Below, piece after piece: positions 12,103-24,635 of a DNA stretch of 64,000 nt. Each line of letters starts with the position of its first letter. The first letter of the stretch is position 1. Source of the DNA: Macrostomum lignano. Taxonomy: Eukaryota. Under the pieces are notes generated by a model, which saw nothing but the letters and a program-made list of their open reading frames with translations, ran no database searches and was not told where the DNA came from. Both the position numbers and the translations under genes were made by a program. The stretch spans positions 219,523-283,522 of the forward strand of contig NIVC01001471.1 of NCBI GenBank assembly GCA_002269645.1, given 5' to 3'.

Positions 12103-12700
12103 TTCGGACACCCAGTACGGGATACTTTATCAGTTCACCGAAAGATTTTTGCCAAGGTTTGGAAGGATAAGATCTACGAGATGGAGAGGACTGCAACGAG
12201 GGTTCAGGCGAGCGTTCAAGAGCGCTATGATGAGGCAAAACGATGTTTGCCACCCCTCCACATTGGAGCTCATGTTGTTCTCCAGAGTCCAGTAACAAAG
12301 CGCTGGGAAACTAAAGGGGTAATTGTAGAAGTTGGCAAGCACCAAGACTACCACGTCAAGCTGGCCAGTGGCCGGATCCTGCGTCGAAACCGCGTATTTA
12401 TCCGGAAGTGTCTGTCGCAGGAGCAGCTTATTAGCAACAATTCGCCTGTCAAGAATGTTACCAGCCCGCCAGCCAGAGTTGTACACGCACCGGTGCCCAA
12501 GCCGACAACTACGAATACTGTCCCATGGAGAAGTCAACGATTGAACAAAGGGGTTCCAGGACGCAGGTTTCGATACAAGAAGTTCGGAGAACTCGAGACC
12601 TCGTGACGAGGAGGGAAGGGGAAGAGAATATTACTTGAATGCGAGAAACTGTTACGCTCGTAAAAGGGGAGATGTTTGATTAACGCATACTCATCATTAT
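12103..12700 (+). mobile_element. Ty3/Gypsy LTR retrotransposon 3' fragment (integrase C-terminus, PPT, start of LTR)
   Basis: FGHPVRDTL...LPPLHIGAHVVLQSPVTKRW...DYHVKLASGRILRRNRVFIR is a typical Gypsy integrase tail; purine tract aaaaggggaga followed by TG at ~12673. Confidence 0.75.
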
Positions 12701-13292
12701 GTTCTTTCTATGGCCTAAAGTATAAGTGCACTAGTATAAGTGCTCGGCCGGCCCGCGACAATAAAGAAAATATAATAACCTTGTCACAAACTACAAGCTG
12801 AATAGCTACAAGGTACAAGTTACAAGCAAGAGTGTTTCACAAGTCTGCTTGTAGATTTTAGCCAAAAAATGTACAAGTATAACAAGCTTGTAGCTATTCA
12901 CTTTATCGTCTATGGTACAAGTGTCTACGTCCCTGAGGAGGCAGAGAAAGCATCTCGAAGCAAAAAATAGTCAATACGTCTTTCTTCCACGCTGGCTTTT
13001 TACATTCGCTTATTCGCCGAAGATGCCTCTCTCTGCAAGTGAGAAAACGCTTCTGTTAGAGAAGATACGCGAAGTCAAAAGAACATTAGATGAAATTCAC
13101 GCGCTCTTTGAATGTGCGCCGGCACTTGGGTTCGACGGAACCGTTCCTCTCCTCGTCAGACGAGTCAAATAACGTACTTATCTAAGCGCACTAATAATTG
13201 AAGTCAAAAAGAACTCGCGTTTAGTGAGTGAGGTTAGATCATGGATGAATAATATATCTGGATCGCCAGAAGCTCGATTTTTTTGGTCCTAG

Positions 13293-13427
13293 CCATAGAC
13301 AAGCACCAGCATCACAAGAAGCTCAGAATGCTTTAGAATTCCTTGCACTGACCCATGTAAATAATTTTTGTCTACATGTGAAAGTACGGCGTTTTGAGCT
13401 TCTTGTGATGCTGGTGCCTGTCTATGG
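13293..13427. mobile_element. 135-bp MITE
   Basis: ~33-bp TIRs ccatagacaagcaccagcatcacaagaagctca / tgagcttcttgtgatgctggtgcctgtctatgg, with TAG on both flanks. Confidence 0.75.
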
Positions 13428-14063
13428 TAGTTTATGAAACGAAATTCACGTGTAACATGTCACTAGTCGCACTTGTAGCCACTACAAGTCGTATATGAAA
13501 CAACCCCCAGGCCTCGGCTTCGCCTAGGCCAAGTAACGAGTCCTCTGCTTTTGCTTCAGACCAAAGAAATAAGTAAACGGAAATAACTTTCATATATAAA
13601 AATTTTTAATTTATAAAAATTATACCTAAAATTTTTTCTAATTATTCGCAAACTATTAACATTCGCACAACGCTTTCCCGTTTTCTATGGGCGGAAAAGC
13701 TTTTGGACCAGCAGGAACTTGAATGCATGCGGCTAGGCTAGCTAGATAAGCGAAGAACCATGTGTCCATATCGACTTTACAGAATTCTTTCGGTTATGAA
13801 AGCGAACGTCAGAGTTATTCTTATAGGATCCCCTTTACCTCACCTGTAACCCTACAGGTTACAGGCGAACTTGAGAATAAGATGGCGTGCAGACAATAAC
13901 AAATATGCAACCGTCTGCATGACAGCAACATAATTCTAACAGCACAGCTCGCTTTAGAGGCCTTTGATCTGTTAAATGAGCCTGCTTTGCTTAGTTTAGA
14001 AATTCGCAAACGCAAATTCTATGTTATTTCTAAAATTTTACATGGTGAGAAGTGTGAATTACG

Positions 14064-14188
14064 CCGGTGCATTAGGGCATTGTACCGATACATTAGTGCA
14101 ATACACCGATGCATTAGGACATTTCACGGATGCATTAGGACATTGCACCGATGCATTAGGGCATTACACCGGTGCGTTAAAACACTGC
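14064..14188 (+). repeat. Degenerate 21-bp tandem repeat (~6 copies)
   Basis: Unit gatgcattaggacattgcacc; the ORF track shows a 7-aa period. Confidence 0.8.
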
Positions 14189-14788
14189 ACTGAAATTACG
14201 ACCTCACAAATGTAACTTCTCGTGCATAAAATGTCCGACAATACGGAGCAGTTGAAATTTTCAAACAAGCGCTGCGTAACTATACAATACAGAGCCAATA
14301 ATTTTGCATGCTGCTGATACTACACTTTGGTGAAGAAAATGTGACGTACGCTCGTACTTTGTTAGAACTTAAATCGCTTTCATCGAGTGACAGACTTTAC
14401 GAGCTAGAACTTCATGATGATGATGTGTAAAAAAATAATATTTTTGCTGCAATTGTGCTAATTTCGAGTACCAAAGATATGGTCATGGTCCCACCTACGC
14501 TCGGCTCGTAATTGTACCTGCACCAGCGGTGAGCACCGAAACTACGCGTACACCCTTAGAAAGCTGCGACTTCCTGATTTCAATCGTTTAAAGATGAGAA
14601 AAAAGTGACTGAAATTTGTGAATTTGCTCACAGCCAAGCAGTATGCGGTCCAATGGTGGCCTATGTGAACCGACGACAGCCTCCACTGAACAATCAGAGT
14701 TTGCCAAGTTGCGAACGAGTTAAATAAAGCAATATCCATGCAATTGATGAAGCCCACACAGCTGGAAAACCGATGATTTACCGCAAGG

Positions 14789-15068
14789 ATGTCGACTCCG
14801 AGGGCGCTCCTCCTCGCCTTGCTGAGCCTCGCCTGCCTGCGCAGCCTGCAGTCCTGCCAGCCGCCCTACCAGTCCGTGTCCGGCTTCTGCCTGCTCGTGA
14901 ACACCACAGCCGCAGTCGGCTGGTGCCAGGCAGCTCGTCTGTGTCAGGCCGTCGGAGGCGAGCTGGTGATGTAGCCGGCCGCCATCCGGGCAGCTGCGCC
15001 GTTCGCCACGGTGAAGCTGTGGGTCGGCGTCACCGACATGCTGGAGGAGCGGCTCGCTAGCGGGTTCG
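14789..15068 (+). pseudogene. Lectin copy C: orphan exon 1 with premature stop
   Basis: Near-identical to exon 1 of copy B, but GAG>TAG at 14972-14974, a small in-frame deletion before LWVG, a degraded donor (agcgg/gttcg) and no exon 2 nearby. Confidence 0.85.
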
Positions 15069-15239
15069 TTCAGAACCTGAAGTAAAAACGAGCCTGTATT
15101 TTAATTATATATCCAGCTTTGAAATGCACAGTTTATGTGACTTATATCGCTTTTGACGATTGAAATAGGCTTTGTTCAAACTAAGCGAGGCTGCGCATGC
15201 TCCCCATATAATCCGGCACAAGGGACGTAACAAAAACAT

Positions 15240-15538
15240 GGCCATAGCCGTTCAAGTCATGGACTATAAAAGGAGAATCAAAATGAGACCCAGTCTATAA
15301 ATACGAGAACGATTCCGTCAGCTTGTTTCTGTTTCAATTTTGTGCATATTTCAACTTAAATTGTACACTGCAATGACTCAACGGATTCCAACAGAAGACC
15401 ATAAACGCATGATCGACTCAGTCGATAGCGGAGCATCCATTTTAGCTGTCTCTCAAATTCTTAACATCAAGAGTATCCGCTTATAGGATTGCCGAATAAA
15501 TCGGCTACTTTTATAGTCTACGGGCATAGTCTATGGCC
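15240..15538 (+). mobile_element. Small Tc1/IS630-like derivative with HTH fragment
   Basis: Imperfect TIRs ggccatag...gactataaaa; internal MTQRIPTEDHKRMIDSVDSGASILAVSQILNIK resembles a Tc1 N-terminal HTH. Confidence 0.45.
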
Positions 15539-16946
15539 TTGTTTTTCTTAACATCGCTCGTGTCGGTTTGTAAGGATGTATGAATAAACTGAGCAAATGC
15601 TCTTGAGCAAATGCTCGCACTCTGAGCTGGAGCATTTTCTCGAGGCTGAGTAAATGCTCTGAGTCCGAACAAATGCAAAAATTCAGTATGAATAAACAAA
15701 AAACTCAGACTCAGAGAAATTGCTCAGCCGCTTGAGCAGCAGTCTGGCTACTTTAGGCTTGAGTTCACTTGAATCTTGACCATAGACTAGGACTTCCATG
15801 TGAAAAGCAAGGACGACTTAAGTAGAAGGACGGGAAACCTCGTTTCTTAGAAAAGTTTTGAAGGCACTTTTTCCCGAAAAAATACACTACGGAGATAGAA
15901 AGTTTTCATTTTTTCAGCACAGAAATTGTTATTGCGTTTGATAGGAGGCAGATCCAGTGTTCATATTTTGATATGTTGTGCCTTTTTTATTGCTCTATCG
16001 ATATTTATAAAGCTTTTCGTTCAGGAAATTAGGATTCTATGTTAATTTTTTATTCTTCGTATATTTTCGCGTGTCTTGTGCTTGAAATACATTAGAATGC
16101 CACGGCTCGGCTCTTTAGCTTCATGAGTCTTTTTTATCATTCTTACCCAACTGTGTAGCAAATATTTGTAACAGAGATGATAAAATAGGTTCATAAAACC
16201 AAATATTAGAGCTGTGTCATGCATTTTTGTGATTTTTAGATACAGGAAATATACGAAGAATAAAAAATTAACATCTAATATACTAAAAATGAAATGCTTG
16301 GTTGCTTGCTTGTAATTGATTTTCTCCCGAACGGCTCAACCGATTTTCTTCAAACTTGCACCATTCGATCAGAAATTTTCCCGGGACGGTACATGCATAT
16401 TGGCTAAGAAATTGCTCAATGTTAAAGGGATTAAATATTCGAAAAACATGATTTTTTGCAAAGGTCAAGCAGCTCTTTCGACCTGAAATGCATTGTAAGA
16501 ATGCTAGAGAAAAATCTGACTGGTTGAATTCTGATTCTGAAATAGATTGCATCACAATACACTTTATTTATCGTCTGTGTACTGGCTGAATTTGACACTC
16601 AATTGAATTGCGTCACAGCTTTGAGGGTGAAAGTATAGTGCAGTACTGAATTTATATTACGTAACCATATTGTTAACTTTCATAGACACTGGTACTGACT
16701 TGCCTAAGAAATTGATTATGTCATAACTGCTTCGCGTGACTTTTTACTCTACCTGACTTGGTGTGAGTGTTGAATTAATTATATAAGTGGTACAAATTCA
16801 CTGATAACTTCGATGAGAGCTAGCCTAGAGCTGAGCAGACCAGACTGCTAATGCAGCGACCTGGGTTCGAATCTAAGTAGTTTAAAAGTAGTAGTGTAAA
16901 ATTTTTTATTAAAAGCTTTTATTAAAGGACTAAATAAAAACACTTA

Positions 16947-18785
16947 GATTACTGCACTCGATAAGCTAAGGATTATTGCTCTTGGCAAACCAAGGAATAC
17001 TGCACTCGATAAGCCAAGGATTATTGCTCTTGGCAAACCAAGGATTACTGCACTCGATAAGCCATGGATTATTGCTATTAATAAACCAAGGATTATGCAC
17101 TTGGCAAACCAAGGATTACTGCAATCGATAAGCCAAGGATTATTGCTATTAATAAACCAAGCATTACTGCACTCAATAAACCAAGGACTATTGCTATTAA
17201 TAAACCAAGGATTACTGCACTAAAAAAACCAAGGACTATTGCTCTTGGCAAACCAAGGATTACTGCACTCGATAAGCCAAGGATTATTGCTATTAATAAA
17301 CCAAGGATTACTGCACTCGATAAGCCAAGGATTATTGCTATTAATAAACCAAGGATTAATGCACTCGATAAACCAAGGATTATTGCTATTAATAAACCAA
17401 GGATTACTGCACTCGATAAGCCAAGGATTATTGCTATTAATAAACCAAGGATTATGCACTTGGCAAACCAAGGATTACTGCACTCGATAAGCCAAGGATT
17501 ATTGCTATTAATAAACCAAGGATTACTGCACTCAATAAACCAAGGACTATTGCTATTAATAAACCAAGGATTACTGCACTCAATAAACCAAGGACTATTG
17601 CTCTTGGCAAACCAAGGATTACTGCACTCGATAAGCCAAGGACTATTGCTCTTGGCAAACCAAGGATTACTGCACTCGATAAGCCATGGATTATTGCTAT
17701 TAATAAACCAAGGATTACTGCACTCGATAAGCCAAGGATTATTGCTATTAATAAACCAAGGATTACTGCACTCGATAAACCAAGGATTATGCACTTGGCA
17801 AACCAAGGATTACTGCACTCGATAAGCCAAGGATTATTGCTATTAATAAACCAAGGATTACTGCACTCAATAAACCAAGGACTATTGCTATTAATAAACC
17901 AAGGATTACTGCACTCAATAAACCAAGGACTATTGCTCTTGGCAAACCAAGGATTACTGCACTCGATAAGCCATGGATTATTGCTATTAATAAACCAAGG
18001 ATTACTGCACTCGATAAGCCAAGGATTATTGCTATTAATAAACCAAGGATTACTGCACTCGATAAGCCATGGATTATTGCTATTAATAAACCAAGGATTA
18101 CTGCACTCGATAAGCCAAGGATTATTGCTATTAATAAACCAAGGATTAATGCACTCGATAAACCAAGGATTATTGCTATTAATAAACCAAGGATTACTGC
18201 ACTCGATAAGCCAAGGATTATTGCTATTAATAAACCAAGGATTATGCACTTGGCAAACCAAGGATTACTGCACTCGATAAGCCAAGGATTATTGCTATTA
18301 ATAAACCAAGGATTACTGCACTCAATAAACCAAGGACTATTGCTATTAATAAACCAAGGATTACTGCACTCAATAAACCAAGGACTATTGCTCTTGGCAA
18401 ACCAAGGATTACTGCACTCGATAAGCCAAGGACTATTGCTCTTGGCAAACCAAGGATTACTGCACTCGATAAGCCATGGATTATTGCTATTAATAAACCA
18501 AGGATTACTGCACTCGATAAGCCAAGGATTATTGCTCTTGGCAAACCAAGGATTACTGCACTCGATAAGCCATGGATTATTGCTATTAATAAACCAAGGA
18601 TTACTGCACTCGATAAGCCAATGATTATTGCTATTAATAAACCATGAATTACTGCACTCGATAAGCCAAGGATTATTGCTATTAATAAACCAAGGATTAC
18701 TGCACTCGATAAGCCATGGATTATTGCTATTAATAAACCAAGGATTACTGCACTCGATAGCCAAGGATTACTGCGCTTGATAAGC
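16947..18785 (+). repeat. 24-bp satellite with 48-bp dimer and higher-order structure
   Basis: Alternating aa(a/g)ccaaggattactgcactcgat and aaaccaaggattattgctattaat / ...tgctcttggc monomers. Confidence 0.95.
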
Positions 18786-18819
18786 TTGGCTACATGTATA
18801 GGATTATTTCTATCCAGGG

Positions 18820-19030
18820 ATGCTTGCTATTTAGGGATTCTTGCTATGTGCAGGATGCTTGCTATCTGGAAGGATGCTTCTACATTATTTGGGGTATGCT
18901 TGCTATCTGCAAGATGCTTGCTAACTGCAAGATGCTTGCTATCTGCAGATGCTTGCTATCTGGGTGGATGCTTGCTAGGAGTATTAGGGGATGCTTGCTA
19001 CTGGGGGGATGCTTGCTGTCTTGGGAATAT
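18820..19030 (+). repeat. Degenerate ~13-bp repeat (ggatgcttgctat)
   Basis: Direct reading. Confidence 0.7.
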
Positions 19031-19159
19031 TTTCTATTTAGGGGTAATGACTAAAATTCATGAGAGCTAGCCTAGAGGTAAACAGACTAAACTGCTAAAT
19101 GCAGGGACGATGGTTCGAATTTTTAGAGAGTAGAGTTTTTTTAATTAAAGCCTTTTAAC

Positions 19160-19890
19160 GCCAAGACAAAAAAAATTATGGAAGCGTCATGTAAACAATC
19201 ATACAAGCGTCATGTAAACAATCATAGAAGCGTCATGTAAACAATCATAGAAGCGTCATGTAAAAATCATAGAAGCGTCATGTAAAAATCATAGAAGCGT
19301 AATGTAAACAATCATAGAAGCGTCATGTTAAAATCATAAAAGCGTCATGTAAACAATCATACAAGCGTCATGTAAACAATCATAGAAGCGTCATGTAAAA
19401 AAATCATAGAAGCGTCATGTTAAAATCATAAAAGCGTCATAAAAAATCATAGAAGCGTCATGCAAGCAATCATAGAAGCGTAATGTAAACAATCATAGAA
19501 GCGTCATGTTAAAATCATACAAGCGTCATGTAAACAATCATACAAGCGTCATGTAAACAATCATAGAAGCGTCATGTAAAAAAATCATAGAAGCGTCATG
19601 TTAAAATCATAGAAGCGTCATGTAAACAATCATAGAAGCGTCATGTAAACAATCATAGAAGCGTCATGTAAAAATCATAGAAGCGTCATGTAAAAATCAT
19701 AGAAGCGTCATGTAAAAATCATAGAAGCGTCATGTAAAAATCATAGAAGCGTCATGTAAAAAATCATAGAAGCGTCATGTAAACAATCATACAAGCGTCA
19801 TGTAAACAATCATAGAAGCGTCATGTAAAAATCATACAAGCGTCATGTAAACAAGCATAGAAGCGTCATGAAAAAATTATAGAAGCCTCA
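19160..19890 (+). repeat. 22-24-bp satellite (gaagcgtcatgtaaacaatcata)
   Basis: Direct reading; unit length varies in the A-run. Confidence 0.95.
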
Positions 19891-20837
19891 TATAAAAACT
19901 AATGAAAGTGTGTCATTTAAAAAATTAAGAAGCATCATGGAAGAATAAAAGAAGCGTAACGTAAAAATCAAAAGAAGCGTCATGTCAGACATGAAAGAAA
20001 TGTCATATAAAAATTAAATGAAGCTATAGTACAGTGCTGTGCTGGGGAGAATTACTGAGACGTCAAGGCTCACAGAGAATAACTGAGATTACAGGGGGGT
20101 TTCTGAGATGTTAAAGCAAAAGTCAGAAGCTACTTCAAAGTACATGTACTTTACTTAAGTTTTTTATTGCATTCTTTGTTGGCTTGCCACGGTGGGGGGG
20201 GGCGCTGATAGAAGAAGAGTCATGTAAAAATAAAAGGAGCACTATGTATACATAAAATAAAAGTCATGTCAAAGTTAAAAGATTCATTTGGGAATTGCTA
20301 CGATGTCAAAGCTTGGAGGGAATCGTTATAGTGCTGTGATTCTTAAAGAAGGAATCACTTAAATGCCAAGGCTTAGGGAAGAAGAATTGCTGTGATTTCA
20401 AGGCTTTAGGTTGGGTGAAAGTTAGGTTTACGTCAGGTTTGGGTTGAGGGTTAGATTTTAGCGCGTTTCAAGGTTAACAGGGGATTTTTTAGATTTCAAG
20501 GTTTATGGGGGCATCGCTGACATGTCAAGGCTTACGAGGGGAATCTATCTATCTATCTATAGCTGAGATGTCAAGGCTCACGGGGGAATAAATGAGATGT
20601 CAAGGCTAATGTCAGAAGCTACATGTAGTTTATTGGAAAAAAGTTATTACATTATTTGTTGGCTCCTCACGGGAGGGATCGCTGATAGAAAAAGCGTAAT
20701 GTAAAAAAAAAGAAGCTTCATGTCAAAGTTAAGAGATTCATTTGGGAATCCCTACGATGTCGAGGCTTGCAGGGAATCGCTATAATGCTGTAGTAGTGCT
20801 ATAGACTCTTAGAGAGAATTACTGAAATTTCAATGCT

Positions 20838-20871
20838 TTAGGGTTAGGGTTAGGGTTAGGGTTAGGGTTAG
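20838..20871 (+). repeat. Interstitial (TTAGGG)n tract in H1
   Basis: About 5 perfect TTAGGG units. Confidence 0.9.
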
Positions 20872-21482
20872 AAAATAGACAGATTTTTTAAGATTTCAAG
20901 GCTTGTGGGAGCATTGCTGAGATGTCAAGGGGGAGTTGATATGTTAAGGCTTGTGGGGTGGGATTGCTGACATGTCAAGGCTTACAAGGGTACTGGTAGC
21001 GTACTGAAGCATACTGGTAGAAGTAGCTCTGAAAGAAGGCAAGTATGGTTGAATTTCAATGTCTGTTATAAAATTCTGCACAAACATGTTTTATTGGTAC
21101 ATAAGCCTGGAATTAAAATGAGAATTCGATTCCTAGCCCCCCTCCCTAAGAATTTTTTTTCATTTAAAAGGATTCGTCCCTTGCTTATTGGCCACCCCGA
21201 AGGCCATTTTTTATCAAAAATGATAAAAATAATTTTTATCAAACACGTTGACATATACAGGGCCCTAAACTAAAAAACTGTAAAAAGTTGATAGTTTTGT
21301 TTTACCTAAAATGCGTTATTAACGATCTCCAAAAATTCCTATTTTAAGCTTAAGCTTAAGAAAGACACTTAAAGTACTCCTGCTAAAAGGTATATTATAT
21401 TAGACGAATATTAATTATTTCTGCTCCCCGAAGGGGGGCAAAACTTTAGCTAGTCCTATATACTAAAAATGGTCTGTCTGTG

Positions 21483-21515
<33 letters not shown>

Positions 21516-22082
21516 GTGATCGATTAGAGAAAAAATGGCTGGACCGATTTTGTTCAAACTTGCACTGTTCGATCAGAAATTTTCCTGGGACGGTACATGC
21601 ATCGTGGCTAAGAAATTGCTCGATGCTAAAGGCATTAAATATTCGAAAAACATGCTTTTTTGCAAAGGTCAAGCAAACTTTTCGACTTGAAATGCATTGT
21701 AAGAATGCTAGAGAAAAAACTGACTGGTTGAATTCTGGTTCTGAAATAGATTGCATCATCACTGAATTGTAACTCCGACTTGAATTGAAAATGCAGTGTG
21801 GAAGCGTAGCACCAGACTTGATTTAAATTGCGTAACCATATTGTTAACTGATACTGACTGACTGAGAAACTGATTATGTCATAACTGCTTCGTGTGATTT
21901 ACTCTATGCTTGGATTTTAAACTGTTGAATTATATATATATATAAGTGCAAAATTTGATGTTATCAAAAAGATGAGAACTAGCCTAGAGGTGAACAGACT
22001 GAACTGCTAAATGCAGCGACGATGGTTCGAATTTTCATAGAGTATAATTTTTTTAATTAAAGCTTTTCAACGTCAGGAAAAC

Positions 22083-23725
22083 TAAAATACTTTTTAAAAA
22101 GAAGCGTCATGTAAAAATCATAGTAGCGTCATGTAAAAAATCGTAGAAGCGTCATATAAAAAATTATAGAAGCGTCATATAAAAATCATAGATGCGTCAT
22201 TTAAAAAATCATAGAAGCATCATATAAAAATCATAGATGCGTCATTTAAAAAACCATAGAAGCATCATGTAAACAATCATAGAAGCGTCATTTAAAAAAT
22301 CATAGAAGCATCATATAAAAATCATAGATGCGTCATTTAAAAAATCATAGAAGCATCATGTAAACAATCATAGAAGCGTCATTTAAAAAAATCATAGAAG
22401 CGTCATATAAAAATCATAGATGCGTCATTTAAAAAATCATGGAAGCGTCATGTAAACAATCATAGAAGCGTCATGTGAAAATCATAGAAGCGTCACGTAA
22501 AGAATCATAGAAGCGTCATGTAAACAATCATAGAAGCGTCATGTAAACAATCATAGAAGCGTCATGTAAAAAATCATAGAAGCGTCATGTAAACAATTAT
22601 AGAAGCGTCATGTAAAAAAATCATAGAAGCGTCATGTAAACAACCATAGAAGCGTCATGTAAACAATCATAGAAGCGTCATGTAAACAATCATAGAAGCG
22701 TCATGTAAAAAATCGTAGAAGCGTCATTTAAAAAATCATAGAAGCGTCATGCAAAAATCATAGATGCGTCATTTAAAAAATCATGGAAGCGTCATGTAAA
22801 CAATCATAGAAGCGTCATGTAAAAAATCATAGAAGCGTCATATAAAAATCATAGATGCATCATTTAAAAAAATCATAGAAGCGTCATATAAAAAATCATA
22901 GAAGCGTCATGTAAAAATCATAGAAGCGTCATGTAAACAACCATAGAAGCGTCATGTAAACAATCATAGAAGCGTCATGTAAACAATCATAGAAGCGTCA
23001 TGTAAGCAATCATAGAAGCGTCATGTAAACAATCATAGAAGCGTCATGTAAACAATCATAGAAGCGTCATGTAAGCAATCATAAAAGCATCATGTAAACA
23101 ATCATAGAAGCGTCATGTAAACAATCACAGAAGCGTCATGAAAAAATCATAGAAGCGTCATGTAAACAATCATAGAAGCGTCATGTAAACAATCATAGAA
23201 GCATCATGTAAAAAAATCATAGTAGCGTCATGTAAACAATCATAGAAGCGTCATGTAAAAATCATAGAAGCGTAATGTAAAAAAATCATAGATGCGTCAT
23301 TTAAAAAATCATAGAAGCATCATGTAAACAATCATAGAAGCGTCATTTAAAAAAATCATAGAAGCGTCATATAAAAATCATAGATGCGTCATTTAAAAAA
23401 TCATAGAAGCGTCATGTGAAAATCATAAAAGCGTCACGTAAAGAATCATAGAAGCGTCATGTAAACAATCATAGAAGCGTCATGTAAACAATCATAGAAG
23501 CGTCATGTAAACAATCATAGAAGCGTCATGTAAAAAATCATAGAAGCGTCATGTAAACAATCATAGAAGCGTCATGTAAACAATCATAGAAGCGTCATTT
23601 AAAAAATCATAGAAGCGTCATGTAAACAATCATAGAAGCGTCATGTAAAAAATCATAGAAGCGTCATGTAAAAAATCATAGAAGCGTCATGTAAAAATCG
23701 TAGAAGCGTCATTTAAAAATCATAG
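22083..23725 (+). repeat. 22-24-bp satellite (same family as 19160-19890), ~70 units
   Basis: Direct reading. Confidence 0.95.
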
Positions 23726-24574
23726 AAAATCATAAGAATCAAAAATTAAATGCAGCTATAATGCTGTGCTGGGGAGAAAAACTGAGACGTAAAGGCTCTC
23801 AGAGAATAACTGCTGAGATTACGGGGGGGGGTTTCTGAGATGTCAAAGCAAAAGTCAGAAGCTACTTCAAAGTTCATGTACTTTACTCAATTTTTTTATT
23901 GCATTCTTTGTTGGCTCGCCACGGGAGGCGCTTATAGAAGAAGAGTCATGTAAAAAATAAAAGTAGCTCTACGAGCGTATGTACGAGCTATACATAAAAG
24001 AAAAGTCATGTTCAAGTTAAAAGATTCATTTGGGAATTGCTACGATGTCAAAGCTTGGTGGAAATCGTTATAGTGCTGTGATTCTTAAAGAAGGAATCAC
24101 TAAAATGTCAAGGCTTAGGGGAGAAGAATTGCTGAGATTTCAAGGCTTTAGGTTGGGTTAAAGTTAGGTTTAGGTCAGGTGTGGGTTGAGGGTTATATTT
24201 TATCGGGTTTCAAGGTTAACAGAATAACAGGGGATTTTTTAGATTTCAAGGTTTATGGAGGCCATCGCTGACATGTTAAGGCTTACGGGGGGAATAGCTG
24301 AGATGTCAAGGCTCACGGGGTATAAATGAGATTTCAAGGCTAAAGTCAGAAGCTACATGTAGTTTATTGAAAACTTTTTATTACATTATTTGATGCCTCC
24401 TCAGGGGAGGGATCGCTGATAAAAAAAGCGTAATGTAAAAAATAAAAGAAGCTTCATGTCGAAGTTAAGAGATTCATTTGGGAATCCCTACGATGTCGAG
24501 GCTTGCAGGAAATCGCTATAATGCTGTAGTAGTGCTATAGTGACTCTTAGAGAGAATTACTGAAATTTCAATGT

Positions 24575-24635
24575 TAGGTTAGGGTTAGGGTTAGGGTTAG
24601 GGCTAGGGTTAGGGTTAGGGTTAGGCTAGGGTTAG
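24575..24635 (+). repeat. Interstitial (TTAGGG)n-like tract in H2
   Basis: About 9 TTAGGG/CTAGGG units at the position homologous to 20838-20871. Confidence 0.9.

Larger units (their letters stand above)
16274..21453 (+). mobile_element. Non-autonomous Helitron H1 (5.2 kb)
   Basis: Starts A|TCtaatatactaaaaatg; ends with hairpin gctccccgaaggggggc + CTAG (21450-53); no Rep/Hel ORF. Confidence 0.8.

Noticed and set aside
16815-16885. Functional tRNA gene
   Set aside because: No convincing 7-bp acceptor stem or canonical anticodon loop, and it is repeated within a mobile element; kept only as a tRNA-like module. The similar stretch at ~57023-57092 was left uncalled for the same reason.
17093-18764. 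Long ORFs (up to 325 aa) on both strands
   Set aside because: They are translations of the 24-bp satellite (period 8/16 aa) inside a Helitron; no coding signature.
24575-24635. True chromosome end
   Set aside because: The tract is short and flanked on both sides by Helitron sequence.
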